A DNA stretch of 62,561 nucleotides, the filler included, from Sphacelaria rigidula (Eukaryota): NCBI GenBank assembly GCA_964200075.2. It is 6 parts of 6 records of this genome, joined end to end, with 100 filler letters (N's around TTAATTAATTAA, not from the genome) between each part and the next. Parts side by side here need not be neighbours in the genome. Positions count along the whole stretch, not along the records: positions 31,335 to 41,677 come from CAXNAA020006686.1; positions 41,778 to 52,120 come from CAXNAA020006687.1; 4 more parts are not named here. One strand, given 5' to 3'. Both the position numbers and the translations under genes were made by a program. The notes under the pieces were generated by a model. The model was not told where the DNA came from and searched no databases. It saw nothing but the letters and a program-made list of their open reading frames with translations. Shown here one piece after another: positions 36,101-48,518 of this stretch; the first letter of the stretch is position 1, and the number at the start of each line of letters is the position of its first letter.

Positions 36101-38039
36101 AAAAGAAGCGGCCTGCATCGTGCAATATTATTCCTGAAAAGTGGTTTCGATGCAGCATTCATGAGCGCACAGCGTAGACACTGGTACACGTTCTGCATGT
36201 TCATGACGTCCCTCGGTTGAGCTTGATTTTTTGGAGAACATAAATGGCGTGCACGCGGAGCGGATTGGGTTGTGAAACGCGGGCGTTATTTGTTGAGCTG
36301 ATTTCACGTTGCATGGTCATTCTAAATTTGGCTATATCCTGCTGGAGCATTCATTTTAGAACCCGGTTCACGCTGCACGCGCATTGTTCATCTTCTCCAT
36401 AACCTTGGGGGGTGTTGTGGAGCGTCGATAGCGTAATTTACTAGCGGCCCGCCCGTGCCCCCCTGGGCAGGCAGCCATGTGCCACCACCAAACCTCGTGC
36501 GAGTGTTTTCCGTTCTGTTGTTGATCTGGGGTACGTGTTATCCTGCCAGAGACCACCGCTGGAGTCGTGGCGGAATGGTGCATGCGACACAAGCAAGCAG
36601 TCTACATAGGGTAGTTTGTGAAGTCCTGCAAAGTGCAAGCCACATCGCCAGATAATTATTCGTTGTGGCCGATTGTGCAACCTTCCCTCCAATTTCGCTC
36701 GATTTGCCTGCACGGTCGAATCCTCGGCCCGTGGGAAACGTGCACACCTATTTTGTCCCTCTTGTCACAGTTTAAGCAAAAGGGGGTCAGTCTTCCCAAG
36801 GACACTGAAGTATCCACGACTCACGGGAAGTTGGAGAACTCTGCGGGCAAGCTCACCTTCACGGATCTGGGCAGCACAAACGGCACGGAGGTGGACGGGT
36901 GAGTCTTACCTAGTGTTAGTAGTTTCTACAAGAGGTGCTCAGGGTAAGATATCGTGCCTCGGGGTACACTAGGTTCTCAGCAGATTTGCAGCTGTACCGG
37001 GCACCTCAGGGTCCCCGGAATATCAATTGCCCCCAAAAAGTAGTAGTACTGGGTATCGGGAGTGTCAACCGACCCCCCTCCCCCACCCCCACCCCACCGC
37101 ATCCCCCTTTTCCCCGAGTATTCTTCCAGAGCCTCGGCATTTACCATTTTTGCCGTATCCGCACTCGCACCCCACCTTAAGCCCCTTCGAATTTTGTTTT
37201 TCTTTTTATACCCGCGATTATATGACATAAACGTAGGAAAGAAAACTTGATCCGTTGATGTGGGAGTATTGCCATCTTCCAGCGACTTCATGCATCCCAA
37301 TGCGAACGCTTTACTGTTTGTCACTTCTCGTCTTTCGTTCCTCACCCGAATTTCTATGATGATGTTGGGGTCATTTAGGCTTGGGAAAATTACGACCTCC
37401 AGCTCGCCATTGCGATGACTTCCCCCCCAGCGGAGGAGCGATGCTTTTCATGCGTGGTCGTGTGTCCGGAAATCTTCGATCCTCCGACTACGAGTGTCTG
37501 AATGAAAGGGCTAATGTGATCGATTAAAAAAAACGTTTTGTGAGTTGAATTTAGTGGGGAAGAAAGTGCTCCTGTGGTGAAGGATCCCTAAAGCTTTGCA
37601 GTCAGACGCTTGCTGAGGGAAAGCGCCTTCGGCTCTACGCCCGGTGCATTCATCGCATTCACCTTCACTTGATATCGGAATCCTGCAACCAATACCCTTT
37701 TCCTCCGTCCCGCATCACACGTTGGCCGTATCACATGAAAAAAATAAGAAACAGTTCATAACGTTCTCCATCTGTTTTCGTTTTGGGTTGTTGGGGGTCT
37801 TCTGGTAGACAAAGTAGTTCCGATAACATCCTCAATGCTTTTTCTTCTCGTGGGTGCGTGCGTGCGCGAACTTTTGTTTTTACTGGTGTTTCTGGTGGCG
37901 GCCGGCGGGGTTGGTGTTCGGCGTTTCCCCCCCTGGCAGAGTGGACGCGGACGAAGAACAACCTTACCATGTGGCTGATGGATCCAAGTTGCTGATTGGC
38001 CAGGCAACATTTACGCTCTCCATCACGTGGGAGCGCTAG
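33152..38039 (+). CDS. FHA (forkhead-associated) domain protein; 5' end not resolved
   Basis: Exons about 33152-33256, 33873-34184, 36771-36898 and 37940-38039 (TAG) are phase-consistent. FHA motifs: GPYDG...[30 protein letters not shown]...[38 protein letters not shown] (GR, SxxH, D-GSTNGT). Confidence 0.85.
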
Positions 38040-40859
38040 TAGAGCTGATGTCGTCATCCTGTGAGTCGAACGCCGACCATTGTATCGATTACGAGGCAGC
38101 AGAGAAAGCAAGATTGAGCATCATGGGAATATCGGAGAACACATTTTTCTTTCAGGGGACGGACGGACAGAGATTTTCTTTGGGTGACTTGTATAAGAAT
38201 TGATGGGCTGCTGCTAGACCGGTCCAAAATTGCGCCATTGTATTACCGCGTGAGAGATTCGAGTTCGGGGTGGTCAGTCGCCCAAGTAGAGGTGACGCAG
38301 GAAGCACCATAGCTTCTCTTCCCTGTTCCCATTATCCCTGTCATTGCGACTATGCAAGTGGCGGCGCCCCGGTGGCCTGAACTAAAATGGCCGAACTGAC
38401 GCCAATCAGGGTGGAGAGAAAGTGGGTTCTATTCCCGTAAGATACGCTTTGGTTTTTTCCTTGAAGCGCCTGATTCCGGTCGTTGAAAGCGTGAAGATGT
38501 GACTAGGTGGCGAGAGTTGACGTGGTGCGGGAGTGCTGGTCATAATCCACTTCGGAAGGACAAGATGCAAGGCGTGTACTGGGGGGGCGTTCTCATTTGC
38601 TGCTTGTCTTCGTCGTTTGACCATTGACCACGCATCCCTGGATAGATGGGTTGGTTCCTTGAAACCACGAACGTCCCGAGGAAGGGGAGGGGTTGGAAGT
38701 GTGGCGGAAAAACAAGAGGCGTGTGGAAGGGTGCGTGCGTGTATGTGCGTGTGTTTGTTTGAACTACAGTTGCTCCGATTGGCCAAGCGCGTTTTTGGAA
38801 AACGCGTGTATCGCCGAAATCATGCATCATATTGTCGATTACGGTCTGCGTCATTCACGTCGATGCATACGTCATCTTCAGTGATCCTCACGAGAGAGGG
38901 GTGGCTTTTGCGTGGGCGATATAGGAGTGAGTCATTCCGGTTAGTGTAGTTCGTACCTCGATGCAGTCCTGTTTTTGTTTTACTTGTTGTATGTCTCGGT
39001 GTCGTTTAGGCCGGTGCGTGTTTGTGGTTTTACCGCTGAAGATCCTCACAAGGCTTCTTTTTTGTGTTGCATCGGTTTCTTGTAGGCGTGTGCCTCTCGC
39101 TTTGAGGATGTGTGTGTACCTACCTGTACAGGAGGCGTGAATGATGGTGTGTCAGGCAAAGACGTGTGTGTTGCACTGTGTACATACTTCATATACATCC
39201 GACAGCAACACGAAAAATCAACGCGCGCCCACCCGTGCAATACTGCAAGCTGACCAGTGAAAACCGTTGTTTTGGGTGATCATTCTCTCCAAAACACCGT
39301 GCAATTTGTATGTGCAAATTACCGGGGGGTGGGATGAAGGGCCCAATCATAAGCAGAAAACAGATGGTGGCCTACTGGGTACGATATGTGTTGAATGAGT
39401 ACAGGGGAGGTTCAGCAGAGTGCGGTCGTTCGTCAACCTCGTATCACCGCACTATAACAAAATAATGTGAGACCTCGCACAGTACTGGTATTCAGCAATT
39501 TCTTGATGGCAACACTACTGCAGCTCATAATAACGACGAGCGATTCTGACCGCACTATGATGGAACCCCGCACTGTGGTTGGACTCCCTCCTGTACCGTA
39601 GATGCCATCCGGAGTAAATTACCCGGGGTGATCGGAGACTCAACTTTTTGTTTGTGATCACGGCGGCGGTCAGGTCGCTTCGCCGCCAAGGATTGGGTTG
39701 TTGGATATACCTCGCTGAAATCTTCCCGTTAGGCGTGGTCGTATGGCAGTGCGGGAGGGGCCCTGCACGCCGGAGAAAACGGACGTTGGGTTTTATCACC
39801 CAAGGTGATCTACAACGTAACTTACGTTATCTCAGCACGTACGGACGCAGTAGAGTCTGTGCAATTCCATCGTCAAATCTCGACGGTTGAAACATACCCC
39901 ACTTTAGTCTAGGAATCATATTCGAATCTTCAAGAGGGCTGACAGTCGGAGTGCTCACATGTGTGCAGATGCATTTTTGCTCCCAAATCGGCTCCATATG
40001 CACGGATTTGAGCTCTGCCACCGCACACTTTACCTAGGACTCGATACGCACACTGTATATCCCTTGCCTGAGGAGTTTCGGCATGTCTTTTACTGGGGCT
40101 GGGGCTAGAGACACCGTAGATTTATCTAGAGTGTGTCAACGGCATGGCAATCAACAACGAGCTCGCGTGAACCAGCGTTATATTGCGTCCCTACACTGCA
40201 CCCTTGTTATGTGGAATGTACTCTACACCTGACTAGCCCGGCGGTGTGCTGTGGAAACATTGCCAAAGGCATTGGGGAGGCGAAGTTTCATGGGTACTGT
40301 AAGCGGAACATGGCTCATGCTTACATCATGCATTATTCGACAATTTCGGCGCATAAGCGCGCGGATGATGGCGTTGGTGTCATACCGAGGCATTTTCCTC
40401 GATGAAATGGGTATTCAAGACAGGAGTAAGGGCATATACCTGTTGTTCCTGGACCATTTTGCAAATGAATTATCCCTCAGAAGAGTATCGAAGAGAGAGG
40501 TTGTGACTAGAAAATACGCGATCGGGCTGAGTTGTGGCGCGGCCTGGGGAACATCCCAACCCCGGGGAAACATTGTAGCTGCCTGCAGATGGCCTCGAAG
40601 CTTCACTTCGGGAAGAAAACGATGTTCAAGTTTTGCCCCGAGTAGACAGGGGGGAGAGGGTTATACAGAACCGGCAGAATACAACACAGGACGCATATCC
40701 TTACAGGCTACGGTGCGAGAGCAATGAAACGAACCAGCAGGGTTCAGATCATAGCCTCACGAGGCAGGGGTGCGGAAAGTAACCTGTGCGTGTGCAGAAA
40801 TGTCAACGTGTTGTGTACTGGCCGTCGACGTGTTTAGGTCCGTTTTTACCTCGTTCGTG

Positions 40860-41299
40860 GAGAGTTTCGGAAAACGCTTTTTTGTCATTTCAGAGTGCAA
40901 ACGTCTCTGGATCAGAGTGCGGGATAGAAGAAGCACCTGATCGAAAAAAAGTTGAGGAGAAACCACATTCATTTGACGGGAGGTCAAAATAATTTTTCGT
41001 TACACTCTGATCCTGAGATATTTGCACTCTGAAATGACGAAAACGCGTTTTCCGAAACTCTCGATTATAGGAAAAGCGTTTTCCGAAACTCTCGATTGTT
41101 AGAGAGGTTCGGAAAACGCTTTTTTTTCATGTCAGAGTGCAAACATCTCTGGATCAGAGTGCGGAATAAAAAAAACACCCAATAGAAAAAAGTTAAGGAG
41201 AAACCACATTTTTTGACAGGTCGAAATAATTTTCCGTGACACTCTGATCCTGAGATGTTTGCACTCTGAAATGACGAAAAAGCGTTTTCCGAAACTCTC
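40860..41299. mobile_element. Tandem pair of roughly 200-bp MITEs with long TIRs
   Basis: Units 40860-41062 and 41102-41299 each read GAGAG.TTCGGAAAACGC...CAGAGTGCAAA...TTTGCACTCTGAAATGAC...GCGTTTTCCGAAACTCTC. An extra solo TIR lies between them. Confidence 0.75.
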
Positions 41300-41503
41300 G
41301 ATTATTCGGAATTTCTTCTGACCCCGTCACCAAACGGCCCATTGAACGGCCAATATTAAGAGTTGGACCCTGAAATTTGGTGTGGACAATGAGTAGGGCA
41401 TAATGAAAACAATGACCGGTGCACACACAAGTTTTTTGTTTGTTTGTTTTTTCATGCGTTATGGGCAATATACTGATGCCTGAAAACTGATGATTGCCCT
41501 TAA

Positions 41504-41601
41504 CCCTTAGACCGCGAGGGTAGATCTTCTGTTGAATCGGCATCAACTTCACTTGAAAAAAGTATTCATGATCGAGATGGACTACCCTCGCGGTCTAGGG
41601 G
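41504..41601. mobile_element. piggyBac-like MITE, family A (opposite orientation to 2398)
   Basis: TTAA|CCCTTAGACCGCGAGGGTAG...CTACCCTCGCGGTCTAGGGG|TTAT. Confidence 0.85.
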
Positions 41602-41941
41602 TTATGTTGTGTGTGTTGTCGTCCCATTTATTCTGGGCACCAGTCTACACCTTTCGGTGTATGTGGGTGCATCAGCTNNNNNNNNNNNNNNNNNNNNNNN
41701 NNNNNNNNNNNNNNNNNNNNNTTAATTAATTAANNNNNNNNNNNNNNNNNNNNNNNNNNNNNNNNNNNNNNNNNNNNCCCCCCCTTTCTCTTTCTGTAAA
41801 ATCTCCTACTTTTTCGAGGTAAAACCGAAAAATGTGAGAACATATTTCTTGACCAGATTAAGCGATACATCAGTTGAAGACTGATTTCAGACTTCTGTAA
41901 AATCTGGCGTCGAATTATGTTTCAGCAGCATTTTTTTATTT

Positions 41942-42755
41942 TGGGAGAAGTCGGGGGGAAAAAACTTTTCCCCCCGAAAACTAGTGAGAAAAAAAGTTGA
42001 AACGAAAACTTCGCCTCGTTAACTATAGCCCCTCATGCAAACAGGCCTGACTGTCCGCACGCCCGGATATTAATACCCCACTTAACAGAGCGTGGCGAAA
42101 TTGCAGCGTAACATTACTATTGTTCGCGTTTCACGGGCATACACCGACGACTCGATACATCGTCCGACAGCGGTTCTGAATCTGCCAGTGACCGATTGTC
42201 CCGTATTTTGCTGAGATGGTGTGCAGCTGATCGTGAGAGGGTGCAAGATTTGACGTGTGTGGTGGAGATTATCGGCATGCTGGAGCGGGATGTGTACGGC
42301 CTGGTGGAGAGTGTTGGCGTTCTTGAGCGAAGGATGAAGGGTGAGCAGCTGACTCACCCTTCATCCTCCGCTCTAGAATCCCGACACTCTCCACCAGGCC
42401 GTACACATCCCGCTCCAGCATGCCGATAATCTCCACCACACACGTCAAACTTGCACCCTCTCACGACCAGCTGCACACTATCACAGCAAAGTGCGGGACA
42501 ATCGAACGGTGGGGGGTTTAGACTCACCGTCGGACGATGTATCAAGTCATTGGTGAAAGCCCATGAAACGCGAACGACTACAGTAACGCTGGGCTGCACT
42601 TTCGCTGCGCTCTGTTCAGTGGGGTTTTCATACCCGGGCGTGCGGGCAGCCGGGCTCGTATGCATCAGAGGCTACTATCAACAAGGCGATTGTTACATTT
42701 TTCTTCTTTCTTCATTTTTCTCGGTAAAAAAAACTTTTCCCCCCGCCTTCTCCCA
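41942..42755. repeat. 814-bp foldback / long inverted repeat
   Basis: Termini TGGGAGAAG.CGGGGG / CCCCCGCCTTCTCCCA. The arms pair to an apex near 42348, and 42249-42314 is the exact reverse complement of 42384-42449. Confidence 0.85.
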
Positions 42756-43805
42756 CGACGGCTTGCTAGCGTTCGTGTCTTGCAGTCTTCCACTGCACGA
42801 TGTTAATGGATCGCAAGGTTCGCCCTTTTTGTGTTGTTGGGTTGGTGCTGTCATGCTGTCTTGCTCTATTACACGCGCATCTCCTCTTGTCAGGGGTTTT
42901 ACTGTGTTGATGGGTCTGTTTTCTTTTGAGAAATGTTCTTAAGGTCGCTCTCGTCCTCATATGGTAAACAAAAGTAAGTACGTAGAAAAGTGCTTTTCTG
43001 GAGCTTCTACGTCGTTTTACGCCCTTGAGAACTAGGCGGATGTTCACACTTTCGAATTTTTGCTGTACTCGTTGGGACGGTTTCAACACTTCTGTGCGTT
43101 TCTTCGGAGGCTTCAACCATGTTTTTGTGGCCTGATCTTGCATTTTTCTCGCAGACCGATTATTTTTATCTGGGATCGATAAAGTCCAGGAAAATTGTCG
43201 ATATTTTTCTGGACTTGACTGGTCTCCGAGAAACAATAAGCGGTCCCCGAGACAAATGCGAAAGTGGCCAAAATAAGAAAAGCGACGACCGGAAAAACGC
43301 ACGGGTGTGCTGGAACATTCCCAACGAGTAAAGCAAGGAATTCCGAGATATAAAAATTCGCCCAGCTCTCCCTTAGACCGTTTAACGATGTAAAAGCTCC
43401 AACAAGACATTTCTTCAAAATTTATTTTTGATTGCCATGAGGTGCGGCCTAATTTCCTGAAAAATAAAGTTCTCGAAAATTTGATAACAGATTTCTCCGA
43501 AAATCTATCGTGGGAAGTATTTGCAGATTTGTTTTTTTGCACAAGTCGGGAAAACCCAATTCTTTCAAGGGGAGCATCTGAAACGAAGCACCTCGTTAAT
43601 GAGACCCGTTACCTCACATGTGCATCTAGCGTCAATCCGCGTCAACAATGGTCACCATTGTGAACATCGTGGGACTGCTGGCGAACAAGAACTCTGAACA
43701 ATGGGTACAGCGTGCCAAAGACAAATATAACAGAAGGCGCGATACGTACGAGGGTGTGTCTGCTGCGTTCCAATCCTCCGCCTACGTCCTTTCCGTGTGC
43801 TACAG

Positions 43806-46800
43806 AGTCGCCGCCGCTGCCGGCATTCCCGGAGCAGGGCCGCAGGAACACTGTGCACGTGGCGGTCGGGAGCCACACGAGTGAACTGCGTTCGAGGCTG
43901 GCAGCGATCTTATCTCGCGGAAGGAAAGGAGTCAGCGAAGACGTCGACCTCGCAGAGGACGGATGCAGGTCTCCGCTCAGGACAAGCGCACAGGCAGCTC
44001 CGGTGCACGGTGACGGTTCTCACGGGTCCCCGTCCGTGGCGCTAGCGCATGGCGGGGCTATTGTGATACACGCCGAGGTGGAGGGTGGACATTCCTCCGA
44101 GGGGCGTAGGGGAGAAATGAAGGAGGAGGATAGCGCGCCGCGTAAGCAGCGTTCGGACATGTCCGAGTTGGGGACGACGGTCGAACACGAGGCGGCGCGC
44201 CGCAGGAGGATCGAGAAGCTGGACGATCTCGTCGGGAGGATGGACATGTTGGAGTGGAGGGTACTGGGTGAGCAGTATTCGGACTGGTTGCCGACGTTTG
44301 ATCTTGTGCTCATCCTCCGCGCGGTGATCCTGAGACGCTTTGTACGATAGCCCGCCCCCTCTCCCCCCCACAAAGGGGCTGGTTTGGGAAGGCAAAATCT
44401 TTGCGTCATTCGGAATGAAGAAAGCCAAGCACAACAAGCAACTGGGAATTCTTGCGCTTGGGTTCGGTTTCGCCAATGTCGCTCATATGAGGTGCTTTAC
44501 GCAGTCTGACACCAAACACCAGGCGGTGTATGACCATTTTCGTCGTGACGGTTCTGGGCTGGTTTTCGGGGGGGGGGCTATCGTAAAACGCGTCATGATC
44601 CGTCCGGTGTGCTTTGTGCTGTAGCACGTCCTACATTATGCTCAATTTCTCTTGACTGCAAATATGTAGTGAATTCTGCGCTGCTCGATTGAAGGTCTTT
44701 CGTTCTGGGTGCGTTACGGGCGAGCTGGCCCGGTCTTCAATAACTTCGGGGAAATAATCTGAACACACTGGAGTACACGAGACAACAAACAAAGAAATGA
44801 AACGATTGCCGCTTGCCATGAGTACGCTTTATCCATGGAGCTACAGTATCGACACAATACAGTTTCAGTTTTCCGTGCAACACCGAACACTTCAGTAGCC
44901 GCATCCGTCCTGTACTTCGTCCCCGAACTTTTGAATCTAGTACTCTGTTGTTCAGCCACGTATCTAGACACTGGGGGGGGGACCGTACTCATTTGTTGCT
45001 TTCCTTGGCCGTTTGGCCATCAACCACGCATCCCTTTCGATACGGAGCACCATTCCTACTCCTAATAGCGAGGCCTCCGAGCGTGTCACCTTCGTTTACT
45101 TCCTACAGTTTCAACTCTGACACGCCCCGCTCCTCCAAGTCTAATTCACATTCTGCCATTAAATGAGTTCTACTCTCCATTGCATCGCCACAGGGGCAAT
45201 TCTGTGCGCCTACTTCCTCCTTCACTTGACTACTGGTCCGGGGTTTACGGCCGTTCATGATAATATGCAGCAGGCGGTGCACTAATAACTCCTTCTCCTT
45301 CCGTTTCCCCATGCTCGCAGAAAGCGGTGTAGGGGATGAGGCGCGGCAGGAAATCCGTGAGGACCTACGGGAAATCCGGTCAATGTTCTCAATATTGGCA
45401 CGGCCGGAAGACGTTGCTATCCTGGAGGGATCAGCAAGCTGGGTAATGAATGTCGAGGAAGGGGTCGAGGGGTTGAATGGGGATGGTGCTGGTGGGCAAG
45501 AGCCGTCGGATGATCCCGGGAGCGAGGGAGGGGAGCGTGCAAAGAGGGTGGAGAGAAAAGACACGGGTGAGCTCTATTCTGTTCTCGATGCATTTGTTCG
45601 TTGTCAGGTTTGGTTACATACGATGACCGCGTTTTTGTCTCTCATCATGCCTCGGTCCCGTATACAAACGATACAGGCGTTTTCGGTTGTTCTTTGCCCT
45701 AGCGGCAGCGTGATTCGGCTGTTATGTGCTGCTCTCGTGCGTATAGTGCCACTGACTAGTCCACCACGTCCCTTGCGAACGGGCCTGTCCACATTGCGCG
45801 GTTTGAAAAATAGAGATGGACAAGCATGTAGTGGAGTGTTTTTGCTGCTATGACGGGCGAACACAGATCTCGTAATGCATTGGTTCACACCTAGTCGCAT
45901 TTCCTGCAATTCCTCCATCGAGCTACCTGTGAAACTCGGCTGAAATTGTGCACTACATCGCAGTCAACGGAGTAGATCGAACGTTGACGCTTGAAGAGGG
46001 TATGTACCAACATGTCGATGAGTCCTGCCCCAACGGGTGGGAGCTGTGTAACTGAGGAGCCAGGTTCGATCAGACTGGGTGCTATATTAATCGAAAATGG
46101 CATATTTCATGCACGAACGAAAGTTGCAAAGTTTAGTCTTGAATACTGTCCTTTCACCAAATCGATGTGTACTTGTGTGTACCTTCCCCCCTTTCATGCG
46201 CCGCCCTCCACTTTGATGTGCTGTAGAGTCGCCGGCACCGGCCGAATCGGAGAAGCGGGGGAATATCTCGTCGAGCAATGCCACCACCCGAGCGACTGGG
46301 GAGGGAGCGGGTTCAAGGCAGGTGAGATGGTGTACACTGGTGTTTACATCAGAGCACGAGTGTATGAGGGTAACGACTGTCCGTACCGCATTAGGGTCGC
46401 GGGAGTTGGTGCGTTCCATCGCCGTTCCTTCACGTGTAGAGATATATCATTGCTTCGTGAGGTACCGTCGTGTGTTCCCCGTGTGCACAATTACGCGAAC
46501 GTGCAGCAGAGGTAGAGTTAATTGCATCCATGGATTGCTGCTGTCAAAAAGGTGAGAGCATAATGTACCCGCAAGGTGCCCACTTCCCGAAGAATAGGCC
46601 ATAATGTGCCTCCGTCAAAAACAGTACGAACAGCAGCGAAACAGTCCAAAAATCGTGGAATACCATTCCCTGCAACCGTACAAGCACCTCCGAGTGTGCT
46701 GTGTGCTCAGATGCGCCATTCGTTTTCACACTATGCAAGGGCGCCTAACACGGGCAGCTGCAGGCCGTTGAGAGAACGGTCTAGCACAAGAGTCAATCGC

Positions 46801-48518
46801 ATACTGAATTTCTTCTGAACATGAATAGGGAAAACATGTGCAGTAGTACACGGGGATGCCACGCCCCACGAAAAATTCCACTTGTGAGGTTGTCACTCGA
46901 GGTTTGCAAGTTGGAATCCGAGCTGTGGGGGGATTGGCACGTGGAACATCGGGTGACAGAGCGTTACTTCCCGTTTTTTCTCGTCTGGTGTAATTTTGCG
47001 CTAGAGTAGCCGGATGTTTATCCCTGAAATATAGTGAAGTAGCCCTCATGGGCTGAAGAACGAGCCAAACGATGACTACGATGACGAACGACGTCGCTTG
47101 GTTCGTGTACCTTCCTTATCAAAATCTCAAGCTGCAACTCGTGAATGTCGAGTAGCAAGCTGCTGGAGAGGGTACTGCTTGGTCGTTTTTGCTGAGGCCA
47201 CCTCGTAACTGCAAGGTACATATTCTGAAAAGGAGGCGTGATTGCGGGAATGGGATCAACTGTTCGTGGCTCCATCTTATATGCTTATACTGTTTTCACT
47301 CATGACACGACATGCCGCCGAATGGCCATTGACAGCCTCCAAAACCTTTCGTGCCAGTACCAGTCACTGAAACATTTGCTTGGAGTTGAAAAGCCGTCAT
47401 CAAGTGCGAGTGCGCGGATTTGTATTGCGCTTTTACGAACACTGCTGAACGCAATTTCCAGGGTTTGGAGCCTGAAGCCGATTGTGGTGAATGTCCTCGT
47501 GTGCGTTTAGCGTTTCGGCGCAAACAGCGCTCACCACCGTCTCGCGCGCGCTTCGGTGTGCAATGCCAAATTCCATGAGTAGGGACTCCGATAAGCTCAG
47601 AACTTTCATATATCGGGGGTCGTCCGCGGGCAAGATGAAAGCTGTTCTGCGTGTAGATAAAATCGGTGTTGTAAGTCGTGCTCAATGTATGTGCCTGCTT
47701 TGTTATAATTTTGGTGGTGACACGGGTGGCCACTGGGGGGCCTGTAACCTCGAATTTGGACGTTACAGACCTTGCGCAAGGCCTGCAACGTCCAAATTCG
47801 AGGTTGCAGACCCCCAGTGGCCACCCGTGGACCATACCTGACGTTACTGTGCCCAATGCACCTCGAGAAACCATTGTCCCCTCAACGCGGTATCGGACGT
47901 TTAACACAGCCGAATTATTCCCTCCTTTTCCGTATTTGTGACTGCACCCGGTAGAAGAGGAAGCCGGCAACCATGCGGACCGCCAGAGGTTTAGGTACGC
48001 GGGCAATGCCGATGACTGGAACGGTGGGCCATCCACGAGCACCGGAAATGCGGAGGGAGAGGGGGGAGGAGCAGGGTACCGTTTGCGCTGCAAACAGGCA
48101 TTCGTGGCGAGGGGGAAGTAAGACGTCAGTGAGACTGAAGCCGGAGCCATTCGATTTGGCACAGAGGACGGGACGAGTGGCCCGCCAAGCGACGAACCCT
48201 GAGCCTCGCCCGACGCCTTTACCGCTAGGGAGCAGGCAGGGAGCCAAGGTGCCTGGTGGGATGGAGAAGAGGGGACGGCAGAGCAGGGGAGTCATGGCAC
48301 CAACCGCAGCGAGCCGAGCGCGAGGAGTAGAGTTGCGTGCTGCGCACGACAAGAAGGTGCGGGGAGCGAGGGACCCTGGCAGGGCAAGGGGGGAGTGCGG
48401 ACGTCAAAACGCGCGGCGGGCAGTAACCTCCGGGACCCGAGCACCAAGTGCTACCCCCCGAGCGAAGGAATGCCGTGGTCAGTCAAGCCAGTCGATGAGG
48501 CCACGTTGGAGATTGTAG
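43806..48518 (+). CDS. Uncharacterised, largely low-complexity protein (3' exons of a spliced gene)
   Basis: Exons 43806-44267, 45321-45566, 46227-46321 and 47955-48518 (TAG) have AG acceptors and GTGAG donors and splice in a consistent frame (phases 1, 1, 1, 0). No recognisable domain. A further candidate upstream exon lies at 42227-42340. Confidence 0.65.
44345..44583. mobile_element. Tc1/mariner-like MITE (CGATAGCCCC TIR family), intronic
   Basis: TA|CGATAGCCC...GGGGGCTATCG|TA: TA duplication and inverted termini. Confidence 0.75.
44995..45240 (-). mobile_element. Decayed non-LTR retrotransposon (LINE) 3' fragment
   Basis: Minus frame EEVGAQNCPCGDAMESRTHLMAECELDLEER is a CCHC-type knuckle like those C-terminal to LINE RT. 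It is followed by a stop and lies in an intron. Confidence 0.6.
47721..47829. repeat. 109-bp hairpin (MITE-like), intronic
   Basis: CACGGGTGGCCACTGGGGG..TGTAACCTCGAATTTGGACGTT...AACGTCCAAATTCGAGGTTGCAGACCCCCAGTGGCCACCCGTG. Confidence 0.8.

Noticed and set aside
42766..48162. Long minus-strand ORFs (42766-43542, 47296-48162)
   Set aside because: They are antisense to the spliced plus-strand gene or cross repeats and hairpins, and have no recognisable motifs.
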